NCBI GenBank assembly: GCA_043813805.1
Contig: JBDRKR010000010.1
Coordinates: 16,696 to 80,695, forward strand
Source: Candidatus Nealsonbacteria bacterium
Lineage (GTDB): Bacteria > Patescibacteriota > Minisyncoccia > Minisyncoccales > MHMH01
Reading direction: 5' to 3'
DNA length: 64,000 bases
Shown: piece after piece, positions 54,240-62,905 of the stretch
How the letters are laid out: every line of letters begins with the position of its first letter
How positions within the stretch are numbered: position 1 is the stretch's first letter
Position numbers and translations under genes: made by a program
Notes under the pieces: model-generated
Seen by the model: only the letters and a program-made list of their open reading frames with translations
Told to the model about the DNA's origin: nothing
Database searches by the model: none

Positions 54240-55219
54240 TGTCAATAAAAATCGCCATCAACGGTTTCGGAAGAATTGGACGCATTGTCTTCCGCGCCAT
54301 ACTAGACAACCATCCTAATTTGCAGGTTGTGGCGATTAATGATTTGACCGATTCGAAAACCCTCAATCATCTTTTGAGATACGACTCGATTTACGGCAGA
54401 TACGCAAAATCCATAGGATCAGAGGTTAAAATGCTCGCCGAGAAAGATCCGGCTAATCTTCCCTGGAAAAAACTGGGGATTGATGTTGTTTTGGAGTGTT
54501 CGGGCGTTTTTACCGAAATTGATGGAGCTCAAAAGCATTTAACGGCCGGAGCGAAAAAAGTGATTATCTCTGCGCCGTCAAAATCAGACGCGATTCCGAC
54601 ATTTATTTTAGGGGTCAATGAAGAAAAGTACGATTCTAAGAAAGACAATGTTATTTCCATGGCCTCCTGTACCACCAATTGTTTGGCGCCCGTGGCCAAG
54701 GTGTTAAACGACGATTTCGGGATAGTTAAGGGCTTTATGACGACGATCCACTCTTACACCAATGATCAGCGCATTTTAGACTTGCCCCACAAGGATTTAA
54801 GAAGAGCCAGAGCCGCGGCCCTGAACATGATTCCCACTTCAACCGGAGCCGCTAAAGCCATCGGCAATGTCATTCCCGCTCTCAAAGGAAGACTGGACGG
54901 CATTGCTATAAGAGTCCCGACGCCGACCGTTTCTGTGCTTGATTTGATTTGCGAATTAAAAAAGAACGCTTCAATTGACGAAATCAACGCCGCTTTTAAA
55001 AAAGCGGTTAAAACTCCGGAATTAAAAGGAATTCTGGCTGCCGAAGAAGAACCCCTGGTTTCTTCCGACTACCGCGGAAGTACTTTTTCCGCTATTGTCG
55101 ATCTGCCCTTAACTATGGCGAAAGATAATTTAGTGAAGGTTGTCGCCTGGTACGACAACGAATGGGCTTATGCATGCCGCCTGGCCGAATTCGCCGAATA
55201 TATAGGCAAGAATTTATAG
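54239..55219 (+). CDS. gap: glyceraldehyde-3-phosphate dehydrogenase, type I
   Basis: INGFGRIGR, ASCTTNCLAP, PTSTGAAKA, WYDNEW. Confidence 0.97.
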   Translation: MSIKIAINGFGRIGRIVFRAILDNHPNLQVVAINDLTDSKTLNHLLRYDSIYGRYAKSIGSEVKMLAEKDPANLPWKKLGIDVVLECSGVFTEIDGAQKHLTAGAKKVIISAPSKSDAIPTFILGVNEEKYDSKKDNVISMASCTTNCLAPVAKVLNDDFGIVKGFMTTIHSYTNDQRILDLPHKDLRRARAAALNMIPTSTGAAKAIGNVIPALKGRLDGIAIRVPTPTVSVLDLICELKKNASIDEINAAFKKAVKTPELKGILAAEEEPLVSSDYRGSTFSAIVDLPLTMAKDNLVKVVAWYDNEWAYACRLAEFAEYIGKNL

Positions 55220-55316
55220 GAGAACACAGAATAATCGCAACCTCAGTTGAATAAAGACAACCCTTAGTCTAGCGCCAAGGGTTTTGTTTTTTTCTTTTTT
55301 CAGATATAATGGACTA

Positions 55317-55964
55317 ATGAAATGCTTGAGTTTCAAAAAAGCGGAAAAACTTCTTTTGAAATATAAAATTCCTTTTTGCCGCACCGCCGTCGCCGCTTCC
55401 CGGGAAGAAGCGGGAGTTTTTGCTAAAAAGTTCGGCTACCCGGTGGTTTTGAAAGTTTTTGCTCCCGAAGTTATGCACAAAACCGATCTGGGATTGGTGG
55501 AGATCGGTATAAGAGGAGAAAAGGAGCTGGAAGCCGTTTGGAATAAGCTTTCCTCTAAAATCAAAAAAAGAAAAATCAAAGAAGCGGAGATTTTGATTCA
55601 AAAACAGCTTTTTGGAACAGAAACGGTGGCCGGTATGAAAAGAGACGGCCAGTTCGGTCCTGTTTTAATGTTCGGTTTGGGGGGCGTCTTGATTGAAGTT
55701 TTAGCGGATGTTTCTTTCAGGATAGCGCCTGTCGGCAGGAAAGAAGCGGGCCAAATGACGGAAGAAATTAAGGGGTATAGAATATTGAAAAGATTCCGAT
55801 CGCAAAAAGCGGTTAATTTAGCGAAACTTGCGGGGATAATCGTCTCTTTGTCCCAACTTGCCTTAAAAGAGAAAAAAATAATCGAAGCTGACCTGAATCC
55901 GATAATTGCCAACGAAAAAGGATCCTGGGTTGCTGACCCGCGCTTTTTAATTCATGACCAATAG
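55317..55964 (+). CDS. ADP-forming acyl-CoA synthetase, ATP-grasp (beta) subunit
   Basis: GYPVVLK, HKTDLG, FGPVLMFGLGG, DLNP, DPR. Confidence 0.88.
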   Translation: MKCLSFKKAEKLLLKYKIPFCRTAVAASREEAGVFAKKFGYPVVLKVFAPEVMHKTDLGLVEIGIRGEKELEAVWNKLSSKIKKRKIKEAEILIQKQLFGTETVAGMKRDGQFGPVLMFGLGGVLIEVLADVSFRIAPVGRKEAGQMTEEIKGYRILKRFRSQKAVNLAKLAGIIVSLSQLALKEKKIIEADLNPIIANEKGSWVADPRFLIHDQ

Positions 55965-57318
55965 AACAAACAAACTGAATAGGATTTTTAATCCTAAAAC
56001 TTTAGCTATCATCGGAGCCAAACCTGAACAAAATAGCGTCGGTTGGGGATTGCTGAAAAATGCTTTAGCGGGCAAGTCATTAAGAAAGGTTTTTGCCGTT
56101 AATCCTTTTCACGAACAAATTTTGGGAGAAAAATGTCTGCCTTCAGTAAAATCGATTAACGAAGAAGTTGATCTGGCGGTGATTGCGGTGCCGGCTGAAA
56201 TCGCGCCCAAGGTCGTGGAAGAATGCTGCCAAAAAAAAGTGGGGGGCATGATTATTATTTCCTCGGGTTTTGGAGAAAGCGGCGAAGAAGGAAAGAAGTT
56301 GGAAGAGCAAATCCGCCTGATGGCTAAAGCATCGGGAATTCCGTTAATCGGGCCTAATTGTCTGGGCATAATCAGGCCCGACATTCTGCTTAATGCCACT
56401 TTTGCTCCGGCTATTCCCAGGGCGGGCGAAATTGCTTTTATCTCCCAATCGGGCGCTTTGGTTGATTCGGTTATCGACGAAAACGTCAGGGAAAACTACG
56501 GTTTTTCCGCACTGGTTTCTTACGGCAACGAAGCCGACGTCACTTTAGCCGACTTTTTAAGATGGGCGGCTGATGATGAAAAAACAAAAGTCATTGCTCT
56601 TTATCTGGAGGGAGTGAAAGAGGGCCGCGAGATTCTGGATGTTTTTTCGGAAGTTGCCCGAAAGAAACCGATTTTTGTCGTTAAAGCCGGCCGAACCAAG
56701 GAGGGAAAAGAGGCCATTGCCAGTCATACCGGAGCTTTAGCAGGCGATTATCAGGTTTATCAGGCCCTATTCAAGCAAACAGGAGTGATTGAAGCGGATA
56801 GCGTCAGGGAGCTTTTTGGTTCAGCTAAAGCCATGGCTTGGCAGCCCAAATGCCAAAACGGCATTGCTATTGTGACAAACGGAGGCAGCTGCGGAGTGTT
56901 GCTCGCAGATTATTGCCAGAGCTTGGGCGTGAAGCTGACAACTCTTTCGGCGCAAACCCTGAAGAAGCTTAATAAGCTCGGCGTTATGCACCCGGCCTAT
57001 TCCAAAAGAAATCCCCTTGATATTATCGGCGATGCTTTAGCAGATAGGTACGGCGCGGCCATGGAAATTCTTTTATCCCAGCCGAATATTTACGGTTTGA
57101 TTGTCGTCCAAACCCTCCAAATTATGACTGAAACGGAAAAAAATGCTAAAATTATCATAGAGGCCAGGAAAAAATGGTTTAAAAAACCTATTTTAACGGC
57201 TTTTCTCGGAGGAAAAATCACGGAGCCCGGCGTCAATTTGCTCGAAAAAAATCACATCCCCAATTACCGCGATTTGAAGGACGCTGCTTTGGCGATGAAA
57301 TCTTTGATTAAAGAATAG
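55954..57318 (+). CDS. ADP-forming acyl-CoA synthetase, CoA-binding (alpha) subunit
   Basis: IGPNCLG, ISQSGA, SHTGALAG (phospho-His), NPLDIIGD. Confidence 0.9.
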   Translation: MTNRTNKLNRIFNPKTLAIIGAKPEQNSVGWGLLKNALAGKSLRKVFAVNPFHEQILGEKCLPSVKSINEEVDLAVIAVPAEIAPKVVEECCQKKVGGMIIISSGFGESGEEGKKLEEQIRLMAKASGIPLIGPNCLGIIRPDILLNATFAPAIPRAGEIAFISQSGALVDSVIDENVRENYGFSALVSYGNEADVTLADFLRWAADDEKTKVIALYLEGVKEGREILDVFSEVARKKPIFVVKAGRTKEGKEAIASHTGALAGDYQVYQALFKQTGVIEADSVRELFGSAKAMAWQPKCQNGIAIVTNGGSCGVLLADYCQSLGVKLTTLSAQTLKKLNKLGVMHPAYSKRNPLDIIGDALADRYGAAMEILLSQPNIYGLIVVQTLQIMTETEKNAKIIIEARKKWFKKPILTAFLGGKITEPGVNLLEKNHIPNYRDLKDAALAMKSLIKE

Positions 57319-57325
57319 TTTTTAT

Positions 57326-57754
57326 ATGGTCAATAAAGGTTTCACCTTAATTGAATTATTGGTGGTTGTGGCGATTATCGGACTCTTATCAACAATTGTT
57401 TGGATTAACACCCATGATGTTCGTTTTAAGGCCCAGGACGCCAACATCCAATCGCTGATGCATCAATTAAGAAATGCAGTCGAATTTGTTTACGCGCAGA
57501 GTGGAGAAAACTACGACCTGGTTTGCGATGAAACAAACAACACGCTGAACAACAACGGTGAAGTGGGCATCTTAGAAAGGGCGATTATGAAAGAAAATGG
57601 CTATGAAAATATAACTTGTTTTGAATCGGCTGACAAAAGAGACTTTGCCGCAGCCTCTGCCTTAAGATCGCAATCGGGAAAATATTGGTGCATTGAATCG
57701 GCCGGGGCTTCTGTGGAAATAAATAATCAAATAACCGCGGCGATTTGCCAGTAA
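57326..57754 (+). CDS. type IV pilin-like protein
   Basis: KGFTLIELLVVVAIIGLL class III signal; C-terminal Cys pair. Confidence 0.92.
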   Translation: MVNKGFTLIELLVVVAIIGLLSTIVWINTHDVRFKAQDANIQSLMHQLRNAVEFVYAQSGENYDLVCDETNNTLNNNGEVGILERAIMKENGYENITCFESADKRDFAAASALRSQSGKYWCIESAGASVEINNQITAAICQ

Positions 57755-57760
57755 ATCAAT

Positions 57761-60082
57761 ATGCAATCAGAAAAATACATTCTTCCGTTTAAAGAAATAC
57801 GCTCTAAGGACGTTCCCTTGGTGGGCGGCAAAAATGCTTCTTTGGGCGAGATGATATCTCAATTGACCCAAAAAAACATAAGCGTACCGGATGGTTTCGC
57901 CCTGACAACTGATGCTTACTGGCGCTATTTGAAGGCCAATAAAATTGACGGAAGGCTTAAAGAAATTTTTGCTGATTTCAATCCTAAAAAAATCGAAAGC
58001 CTCCAAAAAGTCGGTAAGGCTTCGCGCGATCTTATTTTGCGGGGTAAAATGCCCGACGATCTGAAAGAAGAAATAATAAAAGCTTATCAATTATTGGGTC
58101 AGAAATACGGTAAAAATCCGACCGTGGCCGTGCGCACTTCCGGAGTCGCTGAAGATACCGCTACCGCGTCATTCGCAGGGCAGTTTGAGACCTATTTGAA
58201 TGTTTGCGGCGAAAAACAAATCTTTGACGCCGTCAGAAAATCAATTGCCTCGACATTTACCGATCGGGCCATAGCTTACAGGGAAGAAAAAGGATTCTCA
58301 CAGCTGAAACTCGGGCTTTCGGTAGGGGTTCAAAAAATGATCCGATCGGATTTGGCTTCAGCCGGCATCATATTCACCATAGATACTGAATCGGGATTCA
58401 AAGACGTAATCGTTGTAAACTCAATTTTCGGAGTGGGGGAAATGATCGTAAAGGGGAAAGTCACGCCGGACCAATTCACGGTTTTTAAATCAACTTTGGA
58501 CCAAGGTTTTAAACCTATTATTGCGAAAAACCTCGGCCGCAAAGAGAAAAAATATATTTTTGCCCGAGGCGGCGGGTTAAAAGAGGTGCCTGTGAGCAAA
58601 TCCGATCAATTAAAATTTTCTTTAACCGACCAAGAGGTTCTGAAATTGGCCCGCTGGGCGGGCATTATTGAGAAACATTATGGCCGGGAACAGGATATTG
58701 AATGGGCCAAAGACGGCGAATCGGGAGAATTATTCATCGTTCAGGCAAGGCCCGAAACCGTTTACGAAACCCAAACCAAGAAATTATACGAAGAATATGA
58801 GCTAAAAACGGCCAAAGTGCCGATTATCACCGGGATTGCCGTCGGTAATAAAATTGGACAAGGGAAGATCAGGGTCATTGAAAGCATCTCTAAAATCAAA
58901 GAATTCAAACAAGGGGAAATTTTGGTTACCAAAATGACCGATCCGGACTGGGTGCCGATCATGAGGATGGCTTCAGCTATTGTGACCGACGAGGGCTCAA
59001 GAGTGTGCCACGCAGCCATCGTTTCGAGAGAGCTGGGGATTCCCGCCATCGTAGGCACCGATAAAGCCGCCAAGGTGTTAAAAACCGGCGAAGTCGCCAC
59101 TGTTGACTGCAGTTCGGGTACGGGACGTGTATATTTAGGCATTATTCCTTTTGAGATCAAAAAACATAATCTTGAAAACGTTCCTGAAACGAAAACGAAA
59201 ATTATGATGAATATCGGCAGTCCGGAAATCGCTTTTAAAAATTCATTTTTACCCAACAAGGGAGTGGGTTTGGCCAGGGAAGAATTCATTATCGCTTCCA
59301 AAATAAACGCCCACCCGCTGGCTTTAATCAAACAAAAGAAAACTAAATTTTTTGTTGATGAATTGGCCTGCGGCATAGGTCAAATCGCCGCCGCTTTCTG
59401 GCCCAATCCCGTGATTGTCAGATTTTCCGATTTCAAAACCAATGAATACGCAACTTTGCCGGGTGGTCAGGAATTTGAACCGAAAGAATCGAATCCGATG
59501 ATCGGCTGGAGGGGGGCTTCAAGGTATTATGATCCAAAATACAAAAAAGCGTTCATCTTGGAATGCCAAGCTCTTAAAAAAGCGAGAGAGGAATTCGGTT
59601 TAAAAAATATCTGGGCTATGGTGCCGTTTTGCCGCACCGTTGAAGAGGGCCAAAAAACACTGGCTATTATGTCAGAGGCCGGGCTGGCTAAGGGCGAAGA
59701 CGGCCTGAAAGTCATTGTGATGTGCGAAGTTCCGTCTAATGTTATTTTAGTTAAAGAGTTTTTGGAGATTTTTGACGGTATGAGCATCGGGAGCAATGAT
59801 TTGACCCAATTGACGCTGGGGCTTGATCGAGACAATGCTTTAATCGCCGATATCGGCAACGAAAAAAATGAGGCCGTAAAATCCATGATTTCTTCGGTAA
59901 TTCAGGAATGCAAGAAACAGAACAAATATTGCGGCATTTGCGGCCAGGCGCCCTCCGATTTCCCGGACTTTGCCGAATTTTTAGTGGAACAGGGGATTGA
60001 GAGTATTTCTCTAAATCCCGATGTGCTAATAAAAACGACATTAAAAATAGCGGAGGCGGAAAAAAATAAATTACATAATTGA
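57761..60082 (+). CDS. ppsA: phosphoenolpyruvate synthase (pyruvate, water dikinase)
   Basis: VGGKNASLGEM, SFAGQFET, QARPETV, CHAAIVSRE, NPMIGWRGASRY, GSNDLTQ. Confidence 0.96.
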   Translation: MQSEKYILPFKEIRSKDVPLVGGKNASLGEMISQLTQKNISVPDGFALTTDAYWRYLKANKIDGRLKEIFADFNPKKIESLQKVGKASRDLILRGKMPDDLKEEIIKAYQLLGQKYGKNPTVAVRTSGVAEDTATASFAGQFETYLNVCGEKQIFDAVRKSIASTFTDRAIAYREEKGFSQLKLGLSVGVQKMIRSDLASAGIIFTIDTESGFKDVIVVNSIFGVGEMIVKGKVTPDQFTVFKSTLDQGFKPIIAKNLGRKEKKYIFARGGGLKEVPVSKSDQLKFSLTDQEVLKLARWAGIIEKHYGREQDIEWAKDGESGELFIVQARPETVYETQTKKLYEEYELKTAKVPIITGIAVGNKIGQGKIRVIESISKIKEFKQGEILVTKMTDPDWVPIMRMASAIVTDEGSRVCHAAIVSRELGIPAIVGTDKAAKVLKTGEVATVDCSSGTGRVYLGIIPFEIKKHNLENVPETKTKIMMNIGSPEIAFKNSFLPNKGVGLAREEFIIASKINAHPLALIKQKKTKFFVDELACGIGQIAAAFWPNPVIVRFSDFKTNEYATLPGGQEFEPKESNPMIGWRGASRYYDPKYKKAFILECQALKKAREEFGLKNIWAMVPFCRTVEEGQKTLAIMSEAGLAKGEDGLKVIVMCEVPSNVILVKEFLEIFDGMSIGSNDLTQLTLGLDRDNALIADIGNEKNEAVKSMISSVIQECKKQNKYCGICGQAPSDFPDFAEFLVEQGIESISLNPDVLIKTTLKIAEAEKNKLHN

Positions 60083-60112
60083 CCAATTGTTCAATTGGCC
60101 AATTGTCCAATT
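60069..60112 (+). repeat. 8-nt-period tandem repeat AATTGNYC
   Basis: aattacat aattgacc aattgttc aattggcc aattgtcc aatt between ppsA and the PfkB gene. Confidence 0.75.
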
Positions 60113-60114
60113 AT

Positions 60115-61098
60115 ATGTTCGACATCATCACTTTCGGCTCGGCCACCAGAGATATTTTTTTAAGAACCAAGCATTTTTTAATTGACGATTTTGATGTTCA
60201 AAATCCGGGCAGGGAAATTTGTTTGCCCTTTGGTCTCAAGATTGATATTGATGAAGTGCATTTTCATTCAGGAGGCGGCGGAACGAATACAGCCGTAACT
60301 TTTTCGAACCAGGGCCTTAAAACCGCCTTTTGCGGCATTTTAGGAAAAGACTGCCATGGCGAAGAAATTTTCAGGGACCTGAAAAAAAGAGGAGTCGATT
60401 GTCATTTTATCGTTCGGACAAATGAGAAACCGACCGATTTATCGGTCATTCTTTCCGCCCCTAAGGAAAGAACAATTCTGGTCTATCGCGGCGTTTCCGG
60501 CGAATGGCAAAAAAAAGATATTCCTTGGACAAAAATCAGCCAAGCCCGCTGGTTTTATTTAGCTCCTTTCATTGCGGGCAAGGAAGGGCTGTTTGAAGAA
60601 ATCGTTGATTTCGCCAGAAAGAACAAAATCAGGGTTATGGCCAATCCCAGTTCTTCTTTCGTTAATTTGCCGTTGAAAAAAACAAGAGCGCTGCTTAAAA
60701 AAATAGATATTTTGCTTTTAAATCAGGAAGAGGCGCAAGCTCTGATAAAAAATAGCCGCTTGAGCGGTCAGGAATTGATGTTAACGGTCAAAAAGGAGTT
60801 TCCGGGCATTCTTCTTATCACTAATGGCCACCAAAGAGCCTTTCTGTCTCAAAAAAACAAAATCTATTCAGTTTTGCCTTTTGCCGCCAAAACCGTTGAT
60901 AAAACCGGGGCTGGCGATGCCTTCGGTTCAGGGTTTCTCGCAGGCTATCTCGAAAGCAGGGGAGATATGATTTATTCTACGCAGGCCGCTTTAGCCAATT
61001 CCATCGCCTGTTTTAGCCAATGGGGAGCCAAAGAAGGTTTATTGAAAAAAGGCCAACCTTTTAAAAAAGCAAAAATCACCACACATGAAATCGCTTGA
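60115..61098 (+). CDS. PfkB family carbohydrate kinase
   Basis: GGGGTNTA, LNQEEA, DKTGAGDAFGSG. Confidence 0.92.
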   Translation: MFDIITFGSATRDIFLRTKHFLIDDFDVQNPGREICLPFGLKIDIDEVHFHSGGGGTNTAVTFSNQGLKTAFCGILGKDCHGEEIFRDLKKRGVDCHFIVRTNEKPTDLSVILSAPKERTILVYRGVSGEWQKKDIPWTKISQARWFYLAPFIAGKEGLFEEIVDFARKNKIRVMANPSSSFVNLPLKKTRALLKKIDILLLNQEEAQALIKNSRLSGQELMLTVKKEFPGILLITNGHQRAFLSQKNKIYSVLPFAAKTVDKTGAGDAFGSGFLAGYLESRGDMIYSTQAALANSIACFSQWGAKEGLLKKGQPFKKAKITTHEIA

Positions 61099-61942
61099 AT
61101 ATTATTTTAATAAAGCCCGGAAAGAGGGATGGGCGATCGGCCAATTCAATTTTTCTGACTTTAAAGTGCTGGAAGCGGTTGTTTTAGCGGCGAAAGAAAT
61201 GCGCGCTCCCGTAATTTTAGGCACATCGGAAGGCGAAAGCAAGTCGCTCGGGCTGAAACAAATCGTGGGCCTCGTCAGGTCTTTCCGGAAAGAAACCGGC
61301 CTGCCCCTATTTTTAAATCTTGACCACGGCAAGTCTTTCGGGTATATTAAAGAGGCTATTGATGCTGGCTATGATACGGTCCATTTTGACGGATCATGCC
61401 TGTCTTTAGTTGAGAATATTAAAATTACAAAGAAAGTAGCAAATTACGCCCGTAAGAAAAATATTCCGGTTGAGGGCGAGGTCGGGTTTATTAAGGGTTC
61501 TTCGAAAATTCTAAAAAAAACGCCCCAAATAAACGAAGAAGATTTAACCGATCCCAAAGAAGCCGAAAAATTTATAAAGGAAACGAAGGTTGACAGATTG
61601 GCGGTAAATATCGGTACATTCCACGGCATGAGGGCCTCGGGCAGAAATCCCCGCATTAATCTCAAAAGATTGAAAGAAATCGAAGAAAGGGTGGGTAAGA
61701 CGCCTCTGGTATTGCACGGCGGGTCAGGAACCCCAAAAGAGGATATTAAAGCATCTCTCCGATTGGGTATTGCTAAAATTAATATCAATACCGAATTAAG
61801 GGTGGTTTTTAACAACGTTTTGAAGGAAGCGCTGAAAAAACCGGAAATTGTTCCGTATAAATACATGCCCGAGGTGGTAGCGGCAGTCCAAAAAGTAGTT
61901 GCGGACAAAATAAGAATTTTCGGTTCAGCGAATAAAATTTAA
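61085..61942 (+). CDS. fba: class II fructose-bisphosphate aldolase family
   Basis: LDHG, FDGS, VEGEVG, GTFHG, VLHGGSG, KININTE. Confidence 0.92.
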   Translation: MKSLEYYFNKARKEGWAIGQFNFSDFKVLEAVVLAAKEMRAPVILGTSEGESKSLGLKQIVGLVRSFRKETGLPLFLNLDHGKSFGYIKEAIDAGYDTVHFDGSCLSLVENIKITKKVANYARKKNIPVEGEVGFIKGSSKILKKTPQINEEDLTDPKEAEKFIKETKVDRLAVNIGTFHGMRASGRNPRINLKRLKEIEERVGKTPLVLHGGSGTPKEDIKASLRLGIAKININTELRVVFNNVLKEALKKPEIVPYKYMPEVVAAVQKVVADKIRIFGSANKI

Positions 61943-61956
61943 TCATTTAAAACAAT

Positions 61957-62166
61957 ATGCCAAAAATAATTTTAGAGGTTCAAAAATGCATCGGTTGCGG
62001 ATCCTGTGAAGCCGTCTGCTCGAAATTCTGGAAGTTGGGCGACGATGGCAAGGCTCAGCTTTTGGGCTCTACATCTAACGGCGATAACTTCGAACTTGAA
62101 GTTAAAAACATCGAATGCAACAGCGAGGCGGCTGAAAATTGTCCGGTCCAGTGTATTAAATTATAA
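61957..62166 (+). CDS. single-cluster ferredoxin
   Basis: CIGCGSCEAVC...CPVQCI. Confidence 0.92.
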   Translation: MPKIILEVQKCIGCGSCEAVCSKFWKLGDDGKAQLLGSTSNGDNFELEVKNIECNSEAAENCPVQCIKL

Positions 62167-62176
62167 AAATAAGAAT

Positions 62177-62905
62177 ATGTTAACTTTATCTGCAAAAATT
62201 CGTAAAATTCAAGGCAAGAAAGTCAAAACTCTCAGGGAGAAGGGCGTTTTACCCGTTGTTTTATACGGTCCGAAAATTAAAAACGAAAATCTTGAAGTCA
62301 ACTTGAAAGATTTTGAAAAGATTTTAGACGAGGCGGGAGAAAGCACTTTGCTCTCCTTGGAGGTTGAGGGCAAAAAAGAGAAAAACTTGGTCTTGATTCA
62401 CGAAATTAAATTCGATCCCATGAGCTCGAAGCCGACTCACGCCGATTTCTATCAGCCGATCTTGACCGAAGAAATCCAGGTAAAGATACCTTTAATCATC
62501 GAGGGAGAGGCTCCGGCTGTGAAAAATCTGGGAGGCACTTTGGTGAAAAACATTTCCGAAATCGAAGTGAGAGCCCTGCCTCAGCACCTGCCCAAGGAAA
62601 TCAAAGTCAATGTCGGAGGATTGGAAGCTTTTGGAGATAAAGTTTTGATTAAAGATTTGCAATTACCCGAGGGCGTAAAAATCTCAAGAAGCCCCGAAGA
62701 AGTCATCGCCCATGTCGCGCATCCCGAAAAAGTTGAAGAAGAACTGCAGAAACCCATTGAAGAGAAGGTGGAAGATGTTGAAAAGATTGAAAAAGAGAAG
62801 AAGGATAAGGGCGAAGAAGTTAAAGAGCCGGCCGGAGGAGAAAAGGCCAAAAAAGAAGAGGGGAAACCCTCCTCAGCTAAAACTTCGGCGGGCAAGGAAA
62901 AATGA
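62177..62905 (+). CDS. rplY: 50S ribosomal protein L25 (Ctc type)
   Basis: LREKGVLPVVLYG, HADFY, GEAPAVK..GG, ALPQHLP; acidic tail. Confidence 0.93.
   Translation: MLTLSAKIRKIQGKKVKTLREKGVLPVVLYGPKIKNENLEVNLKDFEKILDEAGESTLLSLEVEGKKEKNLVLIHEIKFDPMSSKPTHADFYQPILTEEIQVKIPLIIEGEAPAVKNLGGTLVKNISEIEVRALPQHLPKEIKVNVGGLEAFGDKVLIKDLQLPEGVKISRSPEEVIAHVAHPEKVEEELQKPIEEKVEDVEKIEKEKKDKGEEVKEPAGGEKAKKEEGKPSSAKTSAGKEK

Noticed and set aside
62006-62176. Long N-terminal extensions proposed by the track for rplY (also ppdK, eno, DUF523, PfkB, acyl-CoA synthetase beta)
   Set aside because: They overlap upstream genes, repeats or promoters; downstream ATGs match the family N-termini.
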